A stretch of 64,000 nucleotides of DNA from the NCBI GenBank assembly GCA_002030015.1, contig LQBH01000001.1, forward strand, positions 3,190 through 67,189. The letters run 5' to 3'. The position numbers and the translations under genes are program-made. Below are positions 20,904-29,282 of the stretch, one piece after another. Position 1 is the first letter of the stretch; each line of letters opens with the position of its first letter. Source of the DNA: a delta proteobacterium MLS_D (GTDB taxonomy: Bacteria; Desulfobacterota; Syntrophia; Syntrophales; UBA2210). Below the pieces are notes generated by a model, which ran no database searches, was not told the DNA's origin, and saw only the letters and a program-made list of their open reading frames with translations.

Positions 20904-21773
20904 TTATGACTGAAGAAAATCATTCAACAGGGCGGCAACCGTTTCAGGGCGCTCTTCCTGCAGAAAATGGCCGGCATCCACTTCGACGACCTTGACATCG
21001 TCGAAACAGGACTCGACGTGATTCAGGTACTGGGGAATAATAACAATATCCTTGTTTCCGTAAATATAAAGGGACGGCATGGGGAATTTTGTTCCCGCCA
21101 GTTCGGCCCACCGTTTCTGGTCCCTGTTCATGGCCCGGTAATAATACGCGGCCGTTGCCGGTGTGTTCTCGATACTGTAGCACCTGACATACTCGTCGAT
21201 GGCCTCTTGTGAAATACGACCGTCGCGCCCGGCCTTTCCGAAGAAATAGCGGACCCAGACGTCCTCGTTGCCCGGTATCATGGCTTCCGCCAGTCCCGGT
21301 TGCTGCTGAAAGTATTGATACCAGAAAGGCAACGATCCCATCGACTGAATGACTTTCAGGGCCTCGGCGTTGCCCTGTGCGTTGTTGATGACAATCATAT
21401 TCATCAGTACGAACTTTTTGACCCGTTCCGGAACGGCCAGGGCGGTTTCCTGCGCGACGGCGCCTCCCCAGTCGTGACCGGCAAGATAAAAGGAATCAAT
21501 GCCGAGTGCATCGATTATTTCGATGACGTCTTTTGCCAGCTCATTTTTCAGGTAACAATCCGGGTTCATTGTCCGCTCGCTGTCACCGAGGCCGCGCAGA
21601 TCGGGCGCGATGAGCCGTAGATCTTCTCGCAGAAACGGCGTCAAAGCCTCCCAGCAGCAGGACGTTTCGGGCCAGCCGTGAATCATGACGAGGGGCGTTC
21701 CATTCTCGTTTCCCCGGTCGCGGACGTTAAAGGCACCCCGCGAGAGGGACAGTTTCCGTGTTTCCATCATCAT
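20904..21773 (-). CDS. Alpha/beta hydrolase (epoxide hydrolase / haloacetate dehalogenase-like)
   Basis: HGWP oxyanion motif, PDLRGLG, GHDWGG (Asp nucleophile), AGHFLQEE. Confidence 0.85.
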   Translation of the reverse strand: MMMETRKLSLSRGAFNVRDRGNENGTPLVMIHGWPETSCCWEALTPFLREDLRLIAPDLRGLGDSERTMNPDCYLKNELAKDVIEIIDALGIDSFYLAGHDWGGAVAQETALAVPERVKKFVLMNMIVINNAQGNAEALKVIQSMGSLPFWYQYFQQQPGLAEAMIPGNEDVWVRYFFGKAGRDGRISQEAIDEYVRCYSIENTPATAAYYYRAMNRDQKRWAELAGTKFPMPSLYIYGNKDIVIIPQYLNHVESCFDDVKVVEVDAGHFLQEERPETVAALLNDFLQS

Positions 21774-21867
21774 TTTTCTCCTTTTCGCAGTTGTGGTTCA
21801 ATCGGTTATTATAATATTTTTCCGGACGGAACCCGGGACCTATATGGTGTTCACGGAGCACCCGGAC

Positions 21868-22581
21868 TCAGCCCGATTCATCTTCGAAACCCGCGTCAAC
21901 AGCAAGATTGTCCCCCGACGCGGCCCGCAAGGCCAGTTCGTCGCATCGCGTGTTTCCCGGGTTTCCCGCATGGCCCCGAACCCAGATAATTTTTACCTGG
22001 TGACGTTCGCAGAGGCGAAGCAGGCGTTCCCAGAGATCGGCGTTGGCGGCTTGCTCCGAGCTAGTCCGCCGCCAGTTGTTTGCCTGCCATTTCTTCGCCC
22101 ATCCCTTGCTGATACCGTTGACCACATAGCTCGAGTCACTGTGAAGGACGATTCGCTCCGGTTTTTTCAGTGTTTCCAGGGCGACAATGCAGGCCATGAG
22201 TTCCATGCGGTTATTGGTGGTACGACGAAATCCGCCTGATAGTTCCTTCCTTTTTCCCCGGTTCGTGATAACTATTCCATAACCGCCTGGACCCGGATTG
22301 CCGCGGCAGCTCCCGTCGGTATAGATAATCACGTTTTCGGGAAAGGAATCGGAGCGGGCCTCGGAGGAGGATTTTTTCAAGGGACGATCCGCTCCGGCGT
22401 CTTTATTATTATCAAGATTACCAAGCCAGGCAGACGCCTCTGCCCTCGAGGCAAAACGTTTGTAACGGGCGCCGGCCCAGCCGCGCACCTGCTCCTCAGC
22501 ACCGCCGGGTCCGAACCAGGTGTTATAAATACCGGGCGCTCTTCCTTGTTTTACGGCGTAATATTTGATCTTGTCTGCCAT
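21868..22581 (-). CDS. rnhA: Ribonuclease HI with N-terminal hybrid-binding (caulimovirus viroplasmin-like) domain
   Basis: KYYAVKQGRAPGIYNTW N-domain; YTDGSCRGNPGPGG, TTNNRMEL, WVRGHAG, CDELA. Confidence 0.92.
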   Translation of the reverse strand: MADKIKYYAVKQGRAPGIYNTWFGPGGAEEQVRGWAGARYKRFASRAEASAWLGNLDNNKDAGADRPLKKSSSEARSDSFPENVIIYTDGSCRGNPGPGGYGIVITNRGKRKELSGGFRRTTNNRMELMACIVALETLKKPERIVLHSDSSYVVNGISKGWAKKWQANNWRRTSSEQAANADLWERLLRLCERHQVKIIWVRGHAGNPGNTRCDELALRAASGDNLAVDAGFEDESG

Positions 22582-22741
22582 CGTGCGTATCCTTTTACTG
22601 CCCGGTTCCGCCGGACGACGACTTTTTTATCATATTTTTTTGAATCCCCAGAATTATTTTTTGCAACCGGCTCGCGAACCCGCGGCCGGACATGCTGTTG
22701 CGACCCGGGAACGGCCGCGCCCGCTTCACCGGAACAGCCTG

Positions 22742-23560
22742 TTATGCTTTCTGCAAGTTTTTCCAGGTGGGGCGTTCAATGAATGACCCCGGCACGTTTT
22801 CTTCCATCTCCCGAAAAAGCGACAGGGGGACGGCGAACGTCATGAAGTGAGGATCACCCAGTTGTTTCCGAATATTGAGCCGCGCCGAGAGATCGGTGAG
22901 CCCGACCACGGCGCGGGGGGTTTGAGAACGGGCTTCCTGGTAAGGGTAGATTCCCATGGTCTGACATCCGGCAGCGTATGGAATAATAACGTTTTCGTTT
23001 CCCTTCTGGGCGTAATTTGCCAGAATCACCAGAGCCGACAATTGATCGGGAGTGGCGAAAAAAATAATAATTTCAGGAGGATTTTCTTGTTCGTCAGCAT
23101 CTTTCAGCGGCCTGAAAACCACGAAACGCCTGGGTATGGTCGTGATGGGCAGATCATCTATAAACTTCTGAACCCGTTCCGGGTCTTTCAAATACCGTTC
23201 ACCTTCAAGAAAGTCGTCGTACGTATCGGCTGTCACAAAGGGTCGGATTGATGCGGCCATGTCCTTCCCGCCTTCGCGGAAGGCGTTGCCGTAAGAAAGA
23301 AAATGACAGAAGCCTGTCAGTCCGCCGGGAAAGTTGACGTACTGGTTGCCGAATCCCAAGCCGACGCCGCCTCCCACGCAACCACATGTCTTTTCGTCAC
23401 AGACGGCCGGTTTCCCCTTGGCGGCGTGAGCCGCAAGCCACATGACGCAGCCCCATCGGCCTTCCTTGAACTGAACGGCCCCGTTCGGTTTTTCATCGCT
23501 CCAGGAGAGTGCGACGGGATAATGACGAAGGCCTATCGATTCGGCAATCATGGATTCCAT
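22742..23560 (-). CDS. DUF169 family protein
   Basis: Cys-containing CV...CGC.GG...LG, PDQLSAL, GC, GLTD..AR, F.VP pattern; ATG 23560 follows GGAGG. Confidence 0.75.
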   Translation of the reverse strand: MESMIAESIGLRHYPVALSWSDEKPNGAVQFKEGRWGCVMWLAAHAAKGKPAVCDEKTCGCVGGGVGLGFGNQYVNFPGGLTGFCHFLSYGNAFREGGKDMAASIRPFVTADTYDDFLEGERYLKDPERVQKFIDDLPITTIPRRFVVFRPLKDADEQENPPEIIIFFATPDQLSALVILANYAQKGNENVIIPYAAGCQTMGIYPYQEARSQTPRAVVGLTDLSARLNIRKQLGDPHFMTFAVPLSLFREMEENVPGSFIERPTWKNLQKA

Positions 23561-23598
23561 GAACTGATTTCCTCCTTCACGGGACGGTGATAATTCCC

Positions 23599-23614
23599 TC
23601 GAGATATATCTCGA
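23599..23614. promoter_or_regulatory. Perfect 16-bp palindrome, candidate operator of the DUF169 gene
   Basis: TCGAGATATATCTCGA, between a minus-strand TTGACA (23626-23621) and the RBS. Confidence 0.55.
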
Positions 23615-23741
23615 AAAGACTGTCAAGTAAACATGGGTGGAGATTTTAATCACTATCCGGCTGACATCGTTGCGGGAACGGGTGATTCCGATGCTTTTCG
23701 AAGACGCCGACCCGCGGCGGGATCAGCTCCGAATGACAATC

Positions 23742-23796
23742 TGTAACCCGGACAGTTTATGTGCTACAAACCCGGACAGTTTACGTGTTACTAACA
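23742..23796. mobile_element. Isolated insertion-sequence end (IS481/IS1202-like), no transposase
   Basis: Tandem 23-bp repeats AACCCGGACAGTTTAYGTGYTAC (23745-23767, 23769-23791; 21/23 identical), terminating in ...CTAACA. Confidence 0.55.
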
Positions 23797-23813
23797 CAAA
23801 ATGAACTTTCCAC

Positions 23814-23842
23814 TTGACGCGAAGGTACAACCTTCATACAAT
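23814..23842 (+). promoter_or_regulatory. sigma70-type promoter with an inverted repeat in the spacer
   Basis: TTGACG, 17 bp, TACAAT; spacer contains GAAGGT-aca-ACCTTC. Confidence 0.55.
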
Positions 23843-24156
23843 GCGCCACGGAACACGATCCGAATACTCACGCTGCTCTTCTTAATGTTGTGTTCCTGTC
23901 GCGGGTGTAAGGGTACAATCAATGTTACAGGACATGTCAAAGGATTGCTTGATTAAGGCGCGTCAGTCTGTCTGATTGCGGAAGGTGTTTCTTTGTGTAT
24001 GATCCCGAATCGGCCTCAAAGGGGGGAGATTCAGGAACTTTCAGTTCATGGGTACTGTCGGGAAGTAGCACGGGGCAGATTAACTCAGCGGAGACGCTGA
24101 AAAGGCCCCGCGGTGGTTTTTGTCATCGCGGGAGAAACAGAAAAGGAGGATGAACA

Positions 24157-25515
24157 GTGGTGAAAGGTATGCGTTGCTTGATTATTTCTGCGGCGGTTCT
24201 TGCCATGATTCTGGCCTTCGGTTCGACATCGTCGGCGGAAGCGCCCAAGGGAGAGCCGATTGTCATCGGTTATGTCGGCTTTACGCTTTCCCCGGGTACG
24301 AGGCCCTGCATGGACGTCCAGAGAATTGCAGTAGAGGAGATCAATCAGGCGGGCGGTGTTCTCGGACGGCCGTTGAAGTACGTAACAGCGGACAACAAGG
24401 GTCAGACCTCGCTTACTGTCGAGGGTGGCCGCCACCTGCTTCAGACTGAAAACGCCAAGTTTATATCCATCGAAGGACGGACGGAGATCTGCCTCGCCGC
24501 TCAGGAGAACTCGGCGGCAATGTTCAAGGACTATCCCCATATCCTGGTTTTCAACGGGCCCATGGGGATGGAACTGACGTCACGTGTGCTTGATGATTAT
24601 GAAAAGTATCGCTTCTGCTTCCGCGACTGGGATCCCGAGTCATCTCACTATGCCCAGCAGCGCTATTACTGGGAAGACACCTGGAACCGGATGCGGCCGG
24701 AGGGTTTCAAAAAGATCGCTTTCATCTGGGAAGACCTGGCATGGACCCATGCATGGCAGAAAGGCATTGACTTTCTGGATCTGCCCGACTGGGAAAGTTA
24801 CGCAGAAGGGTTCGGATACGACGTCGTGTTCAGCCAGGCTGTGGCGCCCCGGGGAACGATGTATCTTCCCGTTCTACAGCAGATAGCCCGATCCAAGGCC
24901 GACCGTATTTTCTACGTCAGCTCCTGGTTCACCGACACGGAATCATTCGTGAAACAGTGGGCTGATTCGGCGGCCCGTGACATTGCCGTCGACCTCTACG
25001 GCGGCGTATCGCAAACCAAGGCCTTCTGGCAGATGACGGGCGGCAAGGCCCTTGGCGTGGTCGGTTCCTACACGGAAACGGACATTCCCATGACGGAGAA
25101 GACGAAGCCCTTCTATGAAATGGCGAAGAAGAATAATATTCCCACCCAGATTCACGTTCACATCGCCTATGCCGACATCTACTTCTTCAAGAAGGTCATC
25201 GAAAATGCCGGCGGCGTGGACGACATCGACAAACTCATTACGGCCATGGAGACCTCGGAGACCACTTATTCCATGGGCAAGATGGCCTACGAGTCGGAGC
25301 GGGTGAAACCCTTCTTCCATTCGAAGAAGCGCGTGGATCCGAAGGATCCCGCGAGGGCGACCTATCCGGATGTCTTCCTGCAGCCCATCGCCCAGTACCA
25401 GAACGACGGCAAGATGCAGTACCTGGGCGGTTCCTGCCCCGAGAACGAACCTTTCTGGGAACCCTACGGTTCGCCTGAAGACTGGGTTTCGCCGGCAGAA
25501 TTGCGCAAACGGTAA
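24157..25515 (+). CDS. ABC transporter periplasmic substrate-binding protein (LivJ/PBP1 type), orphan
   Basis: Signal peptide; AVEEINQAGGVLGRPLKYVTAD family motif; RBS AAGGAGG. Confidence 0.85.
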   Translation: MVKGMRCLIISAAVLAMILAFGSTSSAEAPKGEPIVIGYVGFTLSPGTRPCMDVQRIAVEEINQAGGVLGRPLKYVTADNKGQTSLTVEGGRHLLQTENAKFISIEGRTEICLAAQENSAAMFKDYPHILVFNGPMGMELTSRVLDDYEKYRFCFRDWDPESSHYAQQRYYWEDTWNRMRPEGFKKIAFIWEDLAWTHAWQKGIDFLDLPDWESYAEGFGYDVVFSQAVAPRGTMYLPVLQQIARSKADRIFYVSSWFTDTESFVKQWADSAARDIAVDLYGGVSQTKAFWQMTGGKALGVVGSYTETDIPMTEKTKPFYEMAKKNNIPTQIHVHIAYADIYFFKKVIENAGGVDDIDKLITAMETSETTYSMGKMAYESERVKPFFHSKKRVDPKDPARATYPDVFLQPIAQYQNDGKMQYLGGSCPENEPFWEPYGSPEDWVSPAELRKR

Positions 25516-25545
25516 GGGGGAATCGCACCTGTTACCTTTGAACTG

Positions 25546-25587
25546 AAAAAGAGCCCCGTTCCGGCATTCCGGAACGGGGTTTTTTAT
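25546..25587 (+). terminator. Intrinsic terminator (possibly bidirectional)
   Basis: AAAAAGAG-CCCCGTTCCGG-catt-CCGGAACGGGG-TTTTTTT. Confidence 0.85.
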
Positions 25588-25785
25588 TATTTGGTTGTTG
25601 GATTGTTACCTTTCCATCCCCTGCGAACGCGAAAGAATCTGTGCAATTCAGCCGCGTGCTTTGCTCATGTCTGCCCAGGCGAACCGTCACTAGAGGTTTC
25701 TCCGCTGTTGTGGATTTTACCGGGGAGTGGTGTTACAAGAAAGTGTCAGGCGGGAACACCGGAAGATTGATACTCTGAAGGAGAT

Positions 25786-28461
25786 ATGGTCGGCATGAAA
25801 ACGAATTACCTGATGGCGATCGACGTGGGAGGGGGTTCCGGGCGCTGTTTACTTCTTGACCCCGATACGGGAACGGCGCATTCGGCACAGCGGAACTGGA
25901 CCCATCCCGCCGCGGCCGGAACGGACGGCCTGGGTTATGACATTGATTCCAACGATGTGCTGAAAAAACTGGGAGAGGCTTCTCGCGAGGTTCTCGCGGT
26001 CGCGGCAGTCGATCCCGGACAGGTTGCCGGCATAGCGGCGGGCGGCATGCGGAATACCATTGTCGTGCTGGACGCCGGGAACGACATTCTACTGGCGACA
26101 CCCAACCGTGACGCCCGGGCCCTCGGCGAAGGCCTGGTTCTGGGATCCGAACGGGGACAAGAGATACACGCCCTCACGGGACACTGGCCGACGCCGCTGT
26201 TTCTCGGAACCCGCCTGCTCTGGATGAAAAACAACGCTCCCGAAATCTTCAAGCGGGCCGCCGTCGCCCTCTCAATCACCGACTGGATGACCTTTATACT
26301 GTCTGGGCGCATTGTTTCTGAACGTTCGCAGGCGGGCGAGTCATTACTCCTTGACTTGAAGCAGGGCGCGTGGGCCGCCGATCTTATTGAATCACTTGAA
26401 CTCTCGGTGTCGTTCTTTCCGGAGCTTGTCGATTCTGGTACGTTTCTGGGAGGCCTCACGAAAGATGCGGCCGACCTTCTCGGTCTTGTTCCCGGCATAC
26501 CGGTGGCGGCCGGGGGAGCCGACACCCAGTGCGGTCTTCTGGGAACGGGCGCCGTGCGGGACGGTGACCTGGCCGTCATGGCGGGAACGACCATGCCGCT
26601 GCAACTGGTAACCGATGACCTGGTGCTTGACGAATCGGGATGCCTCTGGAGCGGGTTACACGTGCTTCCGGGTAAATTTATTCTGGAAAGCAACGGGCTG
26701 GTTACCGGCGATATAGTCGACTGGTTCGCCCGTCTTTTGTATCCGCTGTTTTCCGAGGCGACACTCTGTCTTTTTGCGGAAGCGGCTGCCTCCCGTCCGG
26801 GAGCGGAAGGTGTATATTCCACGTTCGGTGCTTCTCTGTTCGACGGCAGGAATGTCGGGTTTCCCGTCGGCAACCTGACCTTTTCACACATGATCACGGG
26901 AGATCCCTCGCGAAGCCGGACGCATATCGCCCGCGCGCTGGTCGAAGGGATCGCTTTTTCCGTTCGCGCCAATCTGGAACAGCTTGTGGCTGTTTCCGAA
27001 CGGGAAATTCCTCTGGTACGGGTATCGGGCGGTATGTCAAAGAGCCGGCTTTTCACGCGGATTATTTCCGATGTAACGGGACGGTCGGTTCTCGTGCCCG
27101 CCACCGGCGAAAGTACGTCCGTCGGCGCCGCCCTGCTGGCCGGCGTCGGCGCGGGGCTGTATCCTGACCCGGTATCGGCGGTCGAGGCCGTGGTTGCGGC
27201 GTCCGAAAAGCACAGTCCGGGAGATGAATCACCGAAATACGGCAGCCTCTATGCGGGCTGGCGGCAGGCTTTTGATAAACGCGGCGAAGCCGACAAAATA
27301 ATAGGTGATCTGCTCACGGCCTCCCTGTTTGAACCCGGCCCCACAGCCGGCAGAGCGGCCGACCCGTCTTTTGTGCCCGAGATCTGCATCACGGCTTCCA
27401 TGGACGCAGTAGCGCTTGATGAATTTGAAAAGAGGGGTTCCGTTACGTACGCCGATTGGAGAGAAACGCAGAAATTGTACGATGGAGGCGCTGATCTGGC
27501 GCGGATTCTCGCCGGGAAACATATATTCGTAACCGAGATGGACGTCGTGGATTTTGAGACCATTCGGGATGCCCGCGATCTTCGGGCTATCGTCACCTGC
27601 CGGGGAAACGCGGTCAACGTCGACCTGGCGGCGGCAACAGCCTACGGTATTCCGGTCATCAACACGCCCGGAAGAAACGCCGACGCCGTTGCGGACCTGG
27701 CGGTTGCCTTTATGGTGATGCTTGCCCGTAACATGCCGGGTTCACTTGATTTTCTCAAACACGGAGAGGTTCGTGAAGGCGATATGGTGAAGATGGGCGA
27801 CGCGTACCTGGGCTTTCAGGGAGAGGAGCTCTGGAGGAAAACTATCGGACTGGTAGGCATGGGAAGCGTCGGTGCCCGCGTAGCCGAACGATTAGCCGGA
27901 TTCGGAGCCGAGGTGATTTTCTTTGATCCGGGGGTTACGGCCGAAGCGGGGGCGCTTGCCGGGGGACGGAAAGTATCTTTCGAAACCTTGCTGGCCGAAA
28001 GCGATTTCGTGAGTCTTCACGCCCCCGTAATGGATACTACAAAGGGGATGATAAACCGTGCCGCTTTCGAAAAAATGAAAAAAGGCGTTTTTTTCATCAA
28101 CACTGCGAGGGCATCCCTGGTGGACGAAGCGGCCCTGCTGGAAGCACTGAACGCGGGAAAGGTCGCCGGCGCCGCACTGGACGTGTTTCCCGTCGAACCC
28201 CCGGGGTCTGACGATCCCGTTGTTTCACATCCCAACGTTATCGCCACGCCTCACCTCGGGGGGAATACGAAGGAGATCGCCGCACACCAGGGAGCGACAG
28301 CCGTCAGCGAGATCAGAAAACTCCTGGCCGGCGACAGGCCCGATTATATTCTCAATCCCGACGTTCTCGACGGGCTCAGCTGGACGTCGCCCCGTCCGCA
28401 GCCGGACGAAAAAAAACAAAAGGAGCTTGCCGCGAACCCGAGACCCTCGGTGACGTCATGA
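25786..28461 (+). CDS. Fusion: FGGY carbohydrate kinase (LsrK/YoaC-like) + D-isomer-specific 2-hydroxyacid dehydrogenase (YoaD/SerA-like)
   Basis: Kinase: YLMAIDVGGGSGR, GGADTQC, AGTT, SGGMSKS. Dehydrogenase: NTPGRNADAVA, GLVGMGSVG, INTARA, LDVFPVEP, TPHLGG. One uninterrupted 891-aa ORF. Confidence 0.88.
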   Translation: MVGMKTNYLMAIDVGGGSGRCLLLDPDTGTAHSAQRNWTHPAAAGTDGLGYDIDSNDVLKKLGEASREVLAVAAVDPGQVAGIAAGGMRNTIVVLDAGNDILLATPNRDARALGEGLVLGSERGQEIHALTGHWPTPLFLGTRLLWMKNNAPEIFKRAAVALSITDWMTFILSGRIVSERSQAGESLLLDLKQGAWAADLIESLELSVSFFPELVDSGTFLGGLTKDAADLLGLVPGIPVAAGGADTQCGLLGTGAVRDGDLAVMAGTTMPLQLVTDDLVLDESGCLWSGLHVLPGKFILESNGLVTGDIVDWFARLLYPLFSEATLCLFAEAAASRPGAEGVYSTFGASLFDGRNVGFPVGNLTFSHMITGDPSRSRTHIARALVEGIAFSVRANLEQLVAVSEREIPLVRVSGGMSKSRLFTRIISDVTGRSVLVPATGESTSVGAALLAGVGAGLYPDPVSAVEAVVAASEKHSPGDESPKYGSLYAGWRQAFDKRGEADKIIGDLLTASLFEPGPTAGRAADPSFVPEICITASMDAVALDEFEKRGSVTYADWRETQKLYDGGADLARILAGKHIFVTEMDVVDFETIRDARDLRAIVTCRGNAVNVDLAAATAYGIPVINTPGRNADAVADLAVAFMVMLARNMPGSLDFLKHGEVREGDMVKMGDAYLGFQGEELWRKTIGLVGMGSVGARVAERLAGFGAEVIFFDPGVTAEAGALAGGRKVSFETLLAESDFVSLHAPVMDTTKGMINRAAFEKMKKGVFFINTARASLVDEAALLEALNAGKVAGAALDVFPVEPPGSDDPVVSHPNVIATPHLGGNTKEIAAHQGATAVSEIRKLLAGDRPDYILNPDVLDGLSWTSPRPQPDEKKQKELAANPRPSVTS

Positions 28462-28530
28462 TGATGCGGGTGGAAAGATCCGGGCACGGCTGTTTGCAAT
28501 GATAACAGATCAGGAAAGGAAGCGCGGACT

Positions 28531-29208
28531 ATGAGCGTATACGAAACCTATCAGAAAGAAGTACTCCAGGCGGGTCTCTGGCTCTCGGAACACGGTTTTT
28601 TCGGTTCTCTGCGGGGTACCGGCGGAAACGTATCAGTCAGAATAGCGGGGGAAGACCTGATGGCCGTTACCCCTTCGTCGGTGAAATATCACGAGATTAC
28701 GCCGGAGGATATTTGTATCGTCGACCTTTCGAGTACCCTGGTGGAGGGGGAACGCGCCCCTTCAATCGAGGCGGGAATGCACGCCGCCGTTTACCGCGAA
28801 AGGCCGGATGTGAAGGCCGTCGTTCACACACACCAGACGTACGGAAGTGTTTTTGCTCTGATCAATCGTTCCGTCCCCGCCCTGTTCGACGAGGTTGCCT
28901 TCGCCCTGGGGGAAAAAATAGACATGATTCCCTACGCCCTGTCGGGAAGTCCGGAACTGGCGGCCAACGTGGGGCACGCGGTCAGGAACAATGCAAACGC
29001 CTATATAATCAGAAATCACGGGATTATCGCCCTCGGAAAAAATATGGACAAGGCGCTGCTGGCCGCCGAGCTCCTTGAAAAGGCCGCAAAAACTTACTGT
29101 ATTGCGCTTTCAACCGGAGTCCCCGTTGTCGAGCTGCCGGACGACGTTCTCGAGATGGCACGTGGCCTGCGGGAATACGAGGCGGAAGAAGCGAAAAAGA
29201 AAGGCTGA
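28531..29208 (+). CDS. Class II aldolase/adducin family (fuculose-1-P aldolase-like)
   Basis: GGNVSVR, TPSS, PSIEAGMH, VHTH and NHG zinc ligands. Confidence 0.9.
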   Translation: MSVYETYQKEVLQAGLWLSEHGFFGSLRGTGGNVSVRIAGEDLMAVTPSSVKYHEITPEDICIVDLSSTLVEGERAPSIEAGMHAAVYRERPDVKAVVHTHQTYGSVFALINRSVPALFDEVAFALGEKIDMIPYALSGSPELAANVGHAVRNNANAYIIRNHGIIALGKNMDKALLAAELLEKAAKTYCIALSTGVPVVELPDDVLEMARGLREYEAEEAKKKG

Positions 29209-29282
29209 ACGCCCCGGAATACAAAATAATTAAATTGTTTCAGCGTTTCCACGAAGAGTTTTCCCACCATCGGGAGGTTGCC

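Noticed and set aside
23745-23791. Tandem repeat considered as a mini-CRISPR or iterons
   Set aside because: Only two copies separated by 1 bp, no spacer, no cas or rep genes
23621-23796. Possible MITE bounded by TGTCAAGTAA and TTACTAACA
   Set aside because: Inverted-repeat match is weak and there is no target-site duplication; TGTCAA is better explained as a minus-strand -35
25590-25785. SAM-I (S-box) riboswitch expected by analogy to yoaDCB
   Set aside because: No ATC-AGAG...GCAACC...GTGC...GAT core and no terminator visible
28482-28498. sigma54-like GGCAC...TTGCA upstream of the aldolase
   Set aside because: GG-to-GC spacing is 11 nt rather than the required 10
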